A DNA stretch of 64,000 bases from Octopus bimaculoides (taxonomy: Eukaryota): the NCBI RefSeq assembly GCF_001194135.2, contig NC_069001.1, positions 26,583,216 through 26,647,215 on the forward strand, written 5' to 3'. Below, one piece after another: positions 38,546-52,554 of this stretch; the stretch's first letter is position 1, and the number at the start of each line of letters is the position of its first letter. Made by a program: the position numbers and the translations under genes. The notes under the pieces were generated by a model that saw only the letters and a list, made by a program, of their open reading frames with translations, made no database searches and was not told where the DNA came from.

Positions 38546-40002
38546 TTTGGCATATTCGAGGAGTATACTGTCGTTATTGGTGTTTTTGTTATTATTCTAT
38601 AACCTCAGGTGTACACTGATGAAAAAGAAAAGTCACTTTTGATGAAGGTTTTCCCAACCGTACACTTTCTCATTCGTTCAAGCATTGTTCATCTGAAATC
38701 ATATTATCTAACGTGACCTTTAAAAGCAAGCGAACTTAACAGGACTGTTTGTCACTCTATCTAGTAATCAACTGAAAGAGCAATAGATTGGATCATTCAA
38801 TAAAAATGTATTCAGTGATTTTCCTTCAAAAAAGGCTTCTATATATAACCGCATAATAAAAGCAAACTGATTATCTCCATGATACATAGTTGGTGTTCCA
38901 TAAAAATCTCACAGTACATATTACATTTTAATAATCATCTAATCCTTATCGGATGGACCTGTTGTCAAAGGTGTTCCAGCATTTAATATGTGAGTTGAGG
39001 ATTTCGGAGATTACATTGTTCAATGTATATTTGCTTTAGATGGTAGATTGTGATATGAGATATATTCTGTTACTATATCTAACGATTGACGTGAAACAAC
39101 ATGCATTACTCGTAAATGGTTTAGTAATAACGGTTTCATTATCATGAACGTGTTATGAATATATATGAGCAAAATTTCCTTCTATATGATGCTCTAACCA
39201 ACATTCGCGTGGTCACAATGCAAAGACTCATAAGGTTTTATATACATCAAAATCTCAACATCAGTGTGCAGCAATTACAAGTAGTGTAGTTTTTGTTACA
39301 TAGCCATCTTATTAATAATTAGCGTGTCCTAATATGATTCAAGTAGATAGCAAGTGCATATGATGCAAGTAACGAAACGAATTAAGATGGTGAATGGAGC
39401 ATTAGATTTTGTGGTAAGTGTCAATGGAATCTAGGAACAACACCGAAAGGTATTGAGGAGATGAATATCAATATGGGTATCAAGTTTTGGCACAGGTTCA
39501 AAAGTTTCTGAACATGAAGGGGGATCAATTGTCACTAAGAATTTTATGTGACGTGCCAGAGATCCTGCCACCGAACTTTTATAATGAACGCTACTATTAA
39601 TTTAATCTATGTTTAGCAGTCGCAATGGTACCTCTAGCTCAGTTTAAAACTTATTAGTTCTCCTCGATGAAGTAGAGTCTGTTATAGAGCATGTCAGTTG
39701 AGCGATACCGGATTGCTAGAGGACGATGGTGATGATGAGGACGAGGGTGGTGATGATGATAGTTAAATAGAACAGTTTGATTCAAACTTCTTGGTACTCT
39801 AAGTTTTAAATGTATGGCTCGTTTTTGGATACTGAGGTCTGAATGAGAATTTGATTGAAGAGAGTCGATGTTTACTATCGGAAGTTAACATGCGATTAGT
39901 CGAGAAAAGTCACGCAGTATAGCGGTTTTATGTTGGTACTTCAGCGACAACAATTATCTGGAGAATACCGCATGGTGAGCAGGAAATCAACCACGCATTG
40001 GG

Positions 40003-40100
40003 TTTACTAGGTTTACAAAAAATAAGTCCTGGGATCGATTTCTTCGGTTAGGAGATCTTTTAAGGTGGTGCTCCAGCATGGCCGCAGTCAAATGACTAGC
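40003..40100 (+). mobile_element. SINE A 3' fragment
   Basis: actaggtttacaaaaaataagtcctgggatcgattt...ggtggtgctccagcatggccgcagtcaaatgact. Confidence 0.8.
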
Positions 40101-40621
40101 GTAGAAGGAAATATGTGTGTGTATGTATATATATATATATATATATATATTGTGAGGGGGAGGGAGATAAATAGAGAGGTAGATATATATAAACACACAC
40201 ATGTATATGTATGTGTGAGCTCATGGGTGGGGTGTGTGTGTGTGTGTGTATGTGTGTGTGCATGTGTATGCATTATATGAATCAAAATATATTCACACAA
40301 GCACTTCAAGTGAATCACAAACTCAGTTTAGATAGAATCCATTCATACTTTCTTGCTTGTTCAGTATTATAAATAAGCAAGTCTTTTTATATCCTAAGCA
40401 ACACTCTTGGCTATAAATGCAGATTGAAGCACTTCTGATTATTTCTTATTTGATATATCAAATAATTATCCATTTGTTGAAGTTTATTTTCCTTTACTGA
40501 TAACCTACTCCATCAGTGTGTATGGTGTGGGCTGTTATGATTAAGTGTGGCTGCTAGAATTTAGACATAAAATGTAGCAAAATTGGCCGAATACGAGTGG
40601 TGGTCTAAGCATCAGTGATTT

Positions 40622-41065
40622 CTTTCCTCTTTTATTCTTGTTTCAGTCATTAGACTGTGGCCATGCTGTGGCCACTTTTAGTCGAATAACTGGACTTCAT
40701 AGCACTTTTTTTTATTTTTAAACTTGTTACTTAGTCTGTTGACCTTTACGACAAAACCGACAAGTGAAGGGGACGTGAACACACTAACACCGGTTCTCAA
40801 GCACTGGTTGTGGACAAACATTGACACACACGCACACACACATACACATATATTTAAATCACCTTACCTATATANNNNNNNNNNNNATATATATATATAT
40901 ATAGGAAAAATTTCTTTCAGTTTCCCTCTACGAAATGAATTCAGATGGCTCTGGTCGTCTCGGGTTTATAGACGGATACACCTACCTAAGGCGCCACAAA
41001 ATAAGACTGAACCCGGAACCATGTGGTTGGGAAACAAACTTTTTACCTCACAGCCACGCATATTA
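40622..41065 (-). mobile_element. SINE A, near full length
   Basis: ttgtttcagtcattagactgtggccatgctg at the left and gactgaacccggaaccatgtggttgggaaacaaactttttacctcacagccac at the right, with the central microsatellite and a 12-N gap between. Confidence 0.8.
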
Positions 41066-44000
41066 GGTAGCATGAGATAGTAAGCTTTGGTTTGTAATGG
41101 AATCTGGCGCTTCGTCACTTATTCTACATTTAATTCATTTTTCATAACTGAGATATAAATGTTCGAAAATTTGGAAAATGCATGATTCATTTACCCTACC
41201 GTATCACCACAAATTATACTTTGATCCCACCTGTAGGACATTGTGAATGACGATGCTTAAACGTTACATTCAAGAATATATTTAATAATAGTTAGGCCTC
41301 GTGTCTTCAGAGATTAATTCTTTTCCTTATTTTTCCCCCGTCAGAATTTAATACAGAAAATACAGCATGTGAGCTGTTTCAGCTGTCTCTTGTAAAATAA
41401 GGAAATTAACGAGAAAATGAACGTTCAGCCATTACGTAACAACCAAGAAATAGCATAAAATAGAGAGGACAGCTTAGAAAGGAATTTGACGTTAAAATAT
41501 CCACATCGAGCTTCTCGGCATCAAGCTCGGCATCCATGGCAGAGGTAGTATTGGGAGAAGAAACAGTGTTCTTGCGTCAAAGATCATCAGACCTTGCTCA
41601 CATCTCATATATAACAACCAGATGAGATTAACAGCAGCTGTAGTAATGTTAGTAACGCTAGAATGGTTGGACCAGCGGGTGTGTTCAATCCTGCTCGAGC
41701 AACGTACTTCACACAAATAAATAATAGCAGGATGAGTTAGCATCATCCACGCCATCATAATCATCAATCTCTCCGCCATCATCGTTGCAAACATCAGCAA
41801 TATTGATGGTAGTACAAGTAGTAGTAGTAGTAGTAGTAGCAGTAGCTGATTTTGATAGAAATGCTATCTCCATTCCATTCCTCTTTCGTAATGTATAAAC
41901 TTTACACGATAATATCACAAAATGTATTACACATTTATATTCATATTTGTCATCGAAAAAGTATCGATTCTGTTTCTTTTCGAACAGTGAGCACACAAAA
42001 ATATACACATGCAAATTTACATATGTGTAGTGTATGTTGATATATGGATAGATATCATATATATATATTTATGTATGTGTACGCATATGTATATACATAT
42101 ATATATATATTTATGTATGTGTACTCATATTTATATATATATATATNNNNNNNNNNNNNNNNNNNNNNNNNNNNNNNNNNNNNNNNNNNNNNNNNNNNNN
42201 NNNNNNNNNNNNNNNNNNNNNNNNNNNNNNNNNNNNNNNNNNNNNNNNNNNNNNNNNNNNNNNNNNNNNNNNNNNNNNNNNNNNNNNNNNNNNNNNNNNN
42301 NNNNNNNNNNNNNNNNNNNNNNNNNNNNNNNNNNNNNNNNNNNNNNNNNNNNNNNNNNNNNNNNNNNNNNNNNNNNNNNNNNNNNNNNNNNNNNNNNNNN
42401 NNNNNNNNNNNNNNNNNNNNNNNNNNNNNNNNNNNNNNNNNNNNNNNNNNNNNNNNNNNNNNNNNNNNNNNNNNNNNNNNNNNNNNNNNNNNNNNNNNNN
42501 NNNNNNNNNNNNNNNNNNNNNNNNNNNNNNNNNNNNNNNNNNNNNNNNNNNNNNNNNNNNNNNNNNNNNNNNNNNNNNNNNNNNNNNNNNNNNNNNNNNN
42601 NNNNNNNNNNNNNNNNNNNNNNNNNNNNNNNNNNNNNNNNNNNNNNNNNNNNNNNNNNNNNNNNNNNNNNNNNNNNNNNNNNNNNNNNNNNNNNNNNNNN
42701 NNNNNNNNNNNNNNNNNNNNNNNNNNNNNNNNNNNNNNNNNNTATATATATTTCTCTCGCCTCTGGATTTCTTTTTCATCTTCTATTTTCTCGCCTAGTA
42801 TCTTTTATCCTACATTTCTATATCCTTTCAAAATATCTCGCATTACAATTCGTTGTGGCCTCACGGCCCTTAATGTTTGTCTTTGTCAACTCATCTGTTT
42901 ACTCTGTACGTCCACTTTGGTGTCGTTTGTTCCTTCGAAGCCCTAACGTTCCGTAAATTTTGTTTTAATAATTTCTGAAAGTTGCTGTCTTATGAAGTTT
43001 TTCTGTCTTGTTGTTGAAAGCCCGAAACAGGTAGTAATAAACAGTGGGCAACTGAGGAAGAGTTAGATTTCGTTTCGTATTTTATCCTCAACTTATCTCT
43101 CCTGTTTTTACGTATATTTCACTCGCTGGAGATGCGCTGTAACTAGTGTTTATTTTTAATTAATTAATCATATATATAATGACCCGTTTACAATAAACAC
43201 TAATAGATAAACGATATATTCGACAAAAGTAGATGAGTTTAAATTCAGAATAAATCAGCTATTTCAATATGCCTTATGTTTACTAAAATCATTCGCAAAT
43301 GAATTAAATGTATTTTAATATTTTCACAATCAACTTCTTAATATTAATTCATTTCCGGCCCTTTTCATGTTAGATGGCATCCTCAATGCTAATTAATTTA
43401 GTTTCTTTATTTCCGGTTTCATTGTAATTAATTATTTTCTCATTTGAAGCAATGAGAATGTTATATCGCCCACTTAAATATATGTCCCATAGTTTAATAA
43501 TGGTACACAGCAAATATATTTCGTGTGCAAATAAACCTCATCTGTATCTAACGATCAAATGTTGCTGAAGCCATTATGGGTGTCATAGTTTTCAGTCTTT
43601 TATTCATCTTGTATTATTCTACATCACATTGTAAGCATTTCTTTTTTTCTTAGAATAAATCAACAAAAATTCAAATTTGGCAATACTCATGCGTCTTAAT
43701 CGTAGTTTTGTTCCCAAAATACATTTCAGCGGAGGATCATCGACCTACACATTTATAAATGTGGTGCCGATTTTTATAGTTTTTTCTAAAACGACGCTTC
43801 GTACAACAGATGTAAAATAAAAAAAATAATAATTAATCATCTGGATTATTGCTCTCGATTATTCTATAAGCACGAAAACCTCCTTTTTTACTAATGTCAT
43901 GAATTATTGATGTAAACAATAAACAGTAAATGTAAAACAAACAAAAAAGAATAATATTTCGTTGCTTGGGGCAAAGCTACTAGCGATGTACATATAATAT

Positions 44001-44217
44001 CATACATAATAGGATAACTGTATTTTTTTCCCTCACAGTACATTATGAATACTAAGCAGACATTTTTTCGAGCGTTACTATAAATAAACATTCAAAATGT
44101 GACATTTCGTTAAAAGATATATTCAAATTTGTGTTATTTTATATCTTCAAGTATAAATAATAATGTAATATAAATACTGATGATGATGAACAATACTATT
44201 ATTTTTTCTTCTTTTCA

Positions 44218-44266
<49 letters not shown>

Positions 44267-44294
44267 GCTGCTGTTGTTTTGTTCTTGTTATGAA

Positions 44295-44420
44295 AATGAC
44301 TTTAAAGATTTTTCTTATTCTTTTGCAGGTAAGTACACTGTTTTATTGTGGCCAGGGGTAGATGTAAGTAATTATAGAGACGTCCTAGAGATATAATGTT
44401 TCACCGCTATGACGTGAGTT
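44295..44420 (+). other. Candidate recursive splice site with cryptic RS-exon
   Basis: TGAC at 44297-44300, 15/16 pyrimidines at 44309-44324, CAG ending 44328 immediately followed by GTAAGT (44329-44334). Further donors GTAAGT (44364) and GTGAGT (44414). Confidence 0.5.
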
Positions 44421-44799
44421 ATTTTTATTTTCATTGAAGCACCACTATGCGTTTCTTTTTCTTTTTTGCTTTTGCAGAACAAATATGAGAAAAATTATTC
44501 CTGTCTTTCATTTATTTACACATTACTATCAATTGGTATTTCTCGCTCCCCTTCCTGTCTCCCCTTCACTCAATCATTCCTTCTTTCTCTCTCTTTCTCC
44601 TTTTCGCTCTATCTCTCTGCCTGCCATATACATATATGCACACACTCATAAGTATATATTTATACAAACAGACACAGATATATAAGTGCATGTGAGGGTG
44701 TCTCTGTATGCGTGTGTATATGAATCACTGAAGTTGCTTCAATTTCTAAGTCTCAGATTAAGCATAAAGTATTTGTATATACTCCGTCTATCTAGTTCT

Positions 44800-45300
44800 A
44801 TCTATTTGTGCCTTTGTGTTTGTATGCCTGTCTATGTATGTATGTATGTATCTATATATCTATCCATCTATCTCTCTATATGTATGTATGTATTTCTATC
44901 TATCTCTCTATCTGTATGTATGTATTTCTATCTATTTATCTGTCTGTCTATTTGTTTGTGTATCTCTCTCTCTTTTTATCTCTATGTATGTATGCATGTA
45001 TGTATCTATCTATCTATCCACGTCTATCTCTCTGACTGTTTGTCTATTTTTTGTCCATTTATTTCTTTATCTATCTATCTATCTATCTATCTATCCGTCT
45101 CTCTATCTATCTGTCTGTCTGTCTATTTTTATATCTATCTATCCGTCTCTCTGTCTGTCTGTCTATTGTTTATATATATCTATCCGTCTCTCTTTCTGTC
45201 TGTCTGTCTGTCTATTTTTTTATATCTATCTATCCGTCTCTCTCTCTGTCTGTCTATATATCTATCTATCTGTCTGTCCGTCTACTTGTTTGTCCATCTA
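44800..45300. repeat. Compound tetranucleotide microsatellite block (TCTA/TCTG/TATG)n
   Basis: Directly visible; generates the SIYL/SVCL ORFs. Confidence 0.95.
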
Positions 45301-47031
45301 TACTTACGTAAACTCTTACCCGCTCGCAAATGCAGAAGTGGGATATAATTAGATATATGTCTATATAAAAATTGCTCTGTATCTACCTAAAAGTTGATTC
45401 ATGCTTATTAGAAGCAGTTACTAAGCACATTCAAAAATATCCACTCTCACATAATATTCCATGACTATAAATATTTGTGCACATGATGGTTTCAATTAAG
45501 GATGAAAGATTTTGGAGACGCCAATTTTGAGTAGACTTCATTGTTGTTTTTGAAGTAAACCAAATTACAACCAGCATGATTGAAGCACGCTAAGGAAAGT
45601 CGTATCCACATTCTGGATTCATGCGTGAAACTGTGGTATGGAACTATCTAAAAGTATACAATTTATTATATCACCGACAAAATTTTCTGCCAAGCAAATT
45701 TGGCATTTCAGAATTTTAGATACGATTTCTGATGCTTGCAAAATAACGATAAATCTTGCACATAGGACATGTACATACATCTATACATGTATATGTGTAC
45801 ACGATTTGGGTTTTTTAAGAAACTAGAGAGATAGTCGAGCATACGCTTTGAATTATATACTTTGCATATAATGTGTTCTTTGAGATTGTGGTGAAGGTGA
45901 TGGAGAAAAAGATCGATACACCTGTTCAGGTGCTATTTGTTTATATATCTATATCTGCAGTTGGTAAGTTAGTCGATCTGAGTCAGACACTTCTGTAAAG
46001 TTGATACATGACGGCATATGCGTATATTGGTAACTTTTATATTGCTAAGCACAATGACAATTATTTTCAAACATTTATGGAAGAAAATTTATTGAGATTT
46101 GACATGTCAGGCCACAACCATGATAGAAGTGTTGTTCTCTATCACTCTCACCTTGAGAAGAATCTTGCAGAACCTACGCTACTGAAGCTGTGAATATGCT
46201 GGCAGCATGATGAATTAGAACACATATCATGCTGGTGGAACTGCATGTAACGTTCAGCAGTTTCAGCTATCCTTTTTTAAAATCACAATCTCGATTATGA
46301 TGTCGAGCAAGGATAAAATCAGAGGAAGATGCATTTAATTTTTCTTTGTTGTATGGCTGTGAACTGTAGACATATTGTAGATATTTAACCAATGTGTCAT
46401 CGACAAATTTTGCTTTTGGACACAAAGTGTGAAGATTTTTGTGTTGTAATACCGAAATTTTCATGCAGCGCAGACATCACTGGTAAGATGTACACCTCAT
46501 GAAGCAAGTTTCAAATACGAACAATGCTTAATGTGTCACTATACAACAATTAAGCTTTATATTTCTCAATTCATCGTCTGCATTCACTACGAGGACTCGT
46601 CATGACGCTTTATTTTCAAGGTCATTAGCATTAACAGCAATAATTTAACGAATATGCTATGATTCTCTTCCATATATGAAAACACACCTTAGTACTGAAG
46701 GATGCAGTTTAATTTACTGTTGAATTACCAAACCCTGGGAGTGCCACATATTTCATGGCATAAACTTTGCTCCCTCACCTATTAAATCTTTAATAGACGA
46801 ATGAATCTATTAAGTTCACTATCGAGAATCACATCAGCTTCAACGAATGTTCGACATGTAAATGTGTAGACGCTAATATGTTTGTTCGGTTTAAGTCGAA
46901 GTTGACTGAGGCTTCAAATTTTCACCAAAGATGATTAGCAACTGCTGATCTACTAGAGACATTGGTGCAAATTCAATTTTACTGAGAAACGATGTAATAA
47001 GTCATATAATAGATTATCATTATATACACTG

Positions 47032-47097
<66 letters not shown>

Positions 47098-47675
47098 NNN
47101 NNNNNNNNNNNNNNNNNNNNNNNNNNNNNNNNNNNNNNNNNNNNNNNNNNNNNNNNNNNNNNNNNNNNNNNNNNNNNNNNNNNNNNNNNNNNNNNNNNNN
47201 NNNNNNNNNNNNNNNNNNNNNNNNNNNNNNNNNNNNNNNNNNNNNNNNNNNNNNNNNNNNNNNNNNNNNNNNNNNNNNNNNNNNNNNNNNNNNNNNNNNN
47301 NNNNNNNNNNNNNNNNNNNNNNNNNNNNNNNNNNNNNNNNNNNNNNNNNNNNNNNNNNNNNNNNNNNNNNNNNNNNNNNNNNNNNNNNNNNNNNNNNNNN
47401 NNNNNNNNNNNNNNNNNNNNNNNNNNNNNNNNNNNNNNNNNNNNNNNNNNNNNNNNNNNNNNNNNNNNNNNNNNNNNNNNNNNNNNNNNNNNNNNNNNNN
47501 NNNNNNNNNNNNNNNNNNNNNNNNNNNNNNNNNNNNNNNNNNNNNNNNNNNNNNNNNNNNNNNNNNNNNNNNNNNNNNNNNNNNNNNNNNNNNNNNNNNN
47601 NNNNNNNNNNNNNNNNNNNNNNNNNNNNNNNNNNNNNNNNNNNNNNNNNNNNNNNNNNNNNNNNNNNNNNNNNNN

Positions 47676-47718
<43 letters not shown>

Positions 47719-50460
47719 ACATACGTAGGCGTTTGTTTGTGTAGTATGTGTGTAAGCGTATTCGTACGTGTGTGCAGGATTTTCATATGTGTGTGTATGT
47801 GTTTGTGTGCGCGCCCGTATACTCATTTCGATTCTTCTTTCCAAAACGTATTTACTTGTAAAAAGATAATCATAGAGATAGGTATATAGACATTTCAGCA
47901 GGAAAAAGTCATTTTCTGAGAAAATTAAGGTTCTTTATAAGCTAGCGAATATTTATTATATTTCATACGGACATAATTAGTTTTCCAGTAAAGTGTAACG
48001 TGATTTTCTTTTATTCCTTGCCTATTTTATTGTTTCTCATTAGTAGTATCTCGTACTTAATTATAATCTTTCGTTTACTGATTTTCAAATCACTGAATGC
48101 GATATGAAGAAAAGACAAAATTGTAATAGAAGCTAAGACATATGTTAATTAGGACGTAATTACCAAGGTTTCAGCACATACACAAACAGAAACGCACACT
48201 ATCTCTTTCTTTCTCTCTCTCTTACACACCATCTCTCTCACACACACACATACATAATGAGATATCTTAATTTTCCTTGCCGCCAGAAATTAACTCCTTT
48301 TCTCTAATGTTTAACTGATTAGGATTCCTATACAAGCTGTATGTCCGTCTGTAGCTGTCTAGAATTATATGATGAGCGATAGAATTCTTGCTGGAAAAAC
48401 AACAACTTTCTTCCTGAAATTAAGTGTTGTTCGTTTGTTTTCACTGATAAATGAAAATATGCATCCGGGCGTAAAATCATCCAGATGCTATATTATTTCA
48501 TGTTTCATTGAAGGTTAACACAGGTTCATGTAACACAAATTCTAATGACTATATCATACATTGAAGGATATTCTTAATTAAGTACACATTCTATAATGTT
48601 TGACTTGTCTATTTTTACCATTGCTGGTGCAAATTCAATATTAAGATCGTTTAAATACAAACATATATTTTAGCAACATATTATTATCTTATTTTGTAAT
48701 GTTTTTAAAATGTGGAAGCTGGATATTTCTATGAAGATCATTTATTATCTGCGGCGCCAACTTTGTGTTTTCCGCATAATTTTAACGTAGTTTTACATGT
48801 TATTTCCAATGTTTACTTATTTTACTTCGGTTTTCTTTGATGAGTACTCTACATGCTATTTCACTTTTAGAGGAATCCGCAAAGTGAAACTGTGCCGTTT
48901 GACAAAGAGGTAAAAGACATATTCCATGGCTCTAGCTTTCCTTTAGTTACACGCCTGCTCAACTGAATTTTGAAGCATAATATTGACGTAACTCTGTTAC
49001 ACGTAGTGAAATCTAGCTCTGCCCTCAAAAATATTTCGTGTAATGCACACAAACGGACTCACGAACGTCTGTTTACGCATACATATATCGCTAACCACTA
49101 CACACTTTTTTCTCTCCTTTTTTCTCCTTGTTTTTTTCTGTGTTCCTTTCTGTGGAAGACCGTAGGATAGAAACGTTAAAGACTTTTTCACATCCCGAGC
49201 GTTATACTAATACATCTACTTCTTTTCTACACCACCTGTCTTCGTCTGTTGTCTGTTTGTTTTTGTGCAATCTCTCTATAAACATCCATACATTAGCATG
49301 TACGTAAATGAACTCTGGAGTCTGTCGTGATCTTGACGAGCAAAAAATTATTCTTTTCGTACACAAAAAGGAAGATAGTTACCACGAACAACAAAATATC
49401 GAGAGGGATTTTGTAGTTGGTGTAGATTTAGCAACAGATAAAGTGTGGCTTAGTTGCTTGCTGGCTACTGACTTCTAATATTGCTCCTCCTCAGACTGCT
49501 CATTCCTTCTGTGTTGTCAGCTGCTGTCCGCCGTCTCTGCTGGTCGACTCCTACAGTGACTGTCAGTGATGTTTTTGCAGCATCACAAAAATCTTTGTTT
49601 AGTGTTCACGGCGTACTGAATTTATACTGGTTGATAGGCTAAGAAGCAAACGCAACAAATGTAAAACAATTGCTGGAGTCTATCCGACACAAAGTAGTGT
49701 TTAGTTAGATTTTGTAGATCAAATTGGCAATATACTAGCGAATCGTGATATCCCGGGCCATTGCTGGTTTTTTCCGCTAGAAACACATAGATACTTATCA
49801 GAATTAATGCTAATTAACATGGAGATCCTTCACCATATATTGCAAACCAAACAGCGTCACTTCAACTCAAGGTCACTTGATCTTGTGGTTGCTTGAACTT
49901 GATATCACTTGGTTTTCAGGTCACTTGATTTTGAGGGAATTTTTTTACCTTCATGTCAGTTAACCTTGTAGATATAAATAGAAAACCAAAACAGAACAAA
50001 AACCTAATTGTCCTAAGCATGCAACACCCTGTTTGATAATAACCAGTTTGATGATAATAGGTCCTGGACATTTAGCTATTAGTCCGTACAATCGGTCTTG
50101 CTAGGGGACGAACATTAAACACATCAACTTACATTATGTGTGTGTGAAATAAGAAAATAATAGCTTTGAGATGCGTAAAAGAAATCGTGTATAACGGTGG
50201 AATTTGGAGTAGACAGAGCTATAAATAAAGCTGTGTAAAAATTGGGGTAAAAGACCTTTGGATAGCAAAAGTCTATACCCCACGCCAGGCCTTCGACTTT
50301 TTCCATATAAAGGATTTAAAACGTAATTAAAAACATTATAATAGATAGCTCTACACGCATAAGCGCGCGCGCACACACACACACACATACATATGTATAT
50401 TGCCTGGCTAGCCGAAACTTCGAAATAAATGCCAACAATATTCATGTTTAAGAATTATTT

Positions 50461-50511
<51 letters not shown>

Positions 50512-51078
50512 AGACGGAGTCGTTCAGAAAGAGTGAGGGATAGATAAAACATTTTGGGTTTACGTTTTATCTTATGATTGTCTGATTTTAACTAACATCC
50601 AGCAAACCATTTTCAACATCCATCAGATAGAGCAACGATAATTTTGATGCTAAAGCAACATCGCATATATAATATTTCTTTCAATTTGTTTTCAATATCA
50701 GGTCCTTTGAAATTTGTTTTTCTCCTTACTGTTATCGGTTCACGGTGGAGATTTTAATATAATTTATCATCTAACAAGAAAAATAATAAAAATGTATAAT
50801 ACTTCACTTTTATAACTAGCTTTAACAAATCAAATCAGTAATTTCATAAACAAATGCGTAATTCATTTATAATACTAATTAATTTTTACTATTGATCATT
50901 AGTCGCTAGTTTGAGCCAATTATACCCATTAGTTCTCTGTCTTTTGAGGTTCTTTCCTTCTTTTCTTTTATCTTGCACTATCCAGTGTTTCTCTCTCCAA
51001 CTTACCCTGTATATTATGTACACACATACGTATATATGTAAATATATGAATATATATATACATGTAACATATATAATG

Positions 51079-51167
<89 letters not shown>

Positions 51168-51350
51168 ACAGTATATGCATGTAATATATATATATATAAT
51201 ATAGATAAAATATATATTGTATACATATATATATATACACACAATACATTTGTACATATATATGTATGCATATATATATATGTGTGTGTATGTGTCTTTA
51301 TTGCTATATACATGTGTATGTGCATGCAGGTATATATTCGGATGTATGTA

Positions 51351-51402
<52 letters not shown>

Positions 51403-52554
51403 GCTTCTAATTAGCGTTTTTCTCTCAATACTTGCGCCTGTTTACAACATTTCGACCTCCCTGATTGTGTGTTATGTACGTATGTATGTATCTATCTACT
51501 GCTTCTTTTCTTAACAACAAATTCACATCCTAGTCAAAAGAATTGGAATCCCTTCTACGATATCTTTCCAAAGCGATTTACATAAACATTTCACAAAGCA
51601 GGTCGTGATTGGGTGGCGGCGTTTAATTTATTAAAAGCATCAGTGAAATAATTCAAATACGCAGTTATATAGAATATGTTGTCCGATATAAGATTACTGC
51701 CTTAGCCATGGATTCTAAAGATTTCGAGTTTCGGGATGGGAAAATAAAACCGGTTCTGATATAAAACCTTTCACTAGATTTGACTTTAGACAGAGGGATG
51801 TTTTTCTGAAGAATGGAAATCAAAGCAATGATCTAAATTCCTAGTTTTTACTTCTAAAGTTGTTCGAAGTATGATGGTTTTAATGGTTGTGGAAACATCG
51901 TCTTGCAATGAACGTTTCTTTGAAACTAAGACGAAAGCCGTACTTAAAAATCAATACCTCCAACTAATAAGACCCAATTTAAAACGAAATTAAGACGATT
52001 AAAACGAATTCGATATCTTTCCTTGTAAGGATCTACAAAATTAGTACCCGAAAACTACTTTTGGCAGTCAGTTAAGAAATAAATAATATAGGAGTGCAGT
52101 TTATAACAAGAAGCAGGGTAATTACTTGCAGGGTAATTTTAACAGTAAGCCAGTAAAAACAACGAAACGCCCATCTTGCTTTTCGACATTGATTTCGAAT
52201 CGACCTGCTAGAGCTACCAGCAATTTTTGCCTCAAATTAAACCCCGAAGTTTGAGAGAAGTAAAAATTATATTGGATAATATAGTTATGAATATAACTGA
52301 ATGACGGTTAGACATGATTGGAGTTCAAATCTGACCTGAGCTGGAATCTAGAAAATAATTTGAGATACAGAAATGCAGTTCTTGTGTCGTGAATGTGCCT
52401 TGCCAGGTAACACTATACAACGCTAGTAATAGGCCACAATGTACACACATACAAGCATACATACATAATACAAACAGACAGATAGATGGAGATATAGATA
52501 GATGGATAGATAGATGGATAGATAAACAGAAAAAGATAAAAACGAGGTAGCGAA

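Noticed and set aside
38609-38665. gtgtaca-CTGATGA-aaaag..ctttt-gatgaa-ggtt..aacc-gtacac three-stem hammerhead-like fold
   Set aside because: GAAA is replaced by GATGAA and there is no UH cleavage site; short A/T stems are expected by chance.
46267-46464. KFVDDT as a reverse-transcriptase YxDD motif
   Set aside because: The only QG-like motif lies ~110 codons upstream, far beyond the usual spacing, and no other RT motifs are visible.
46474-48909. Further small plus-strand exon candidates (46474-46482, 9 nt; 48871-48909, 39 nt)
   Set aside because: Each has one weak splice site (poor pyrimidine tract or GTAAAA donor); such pairs are expected by chance in AT-rich DNA.
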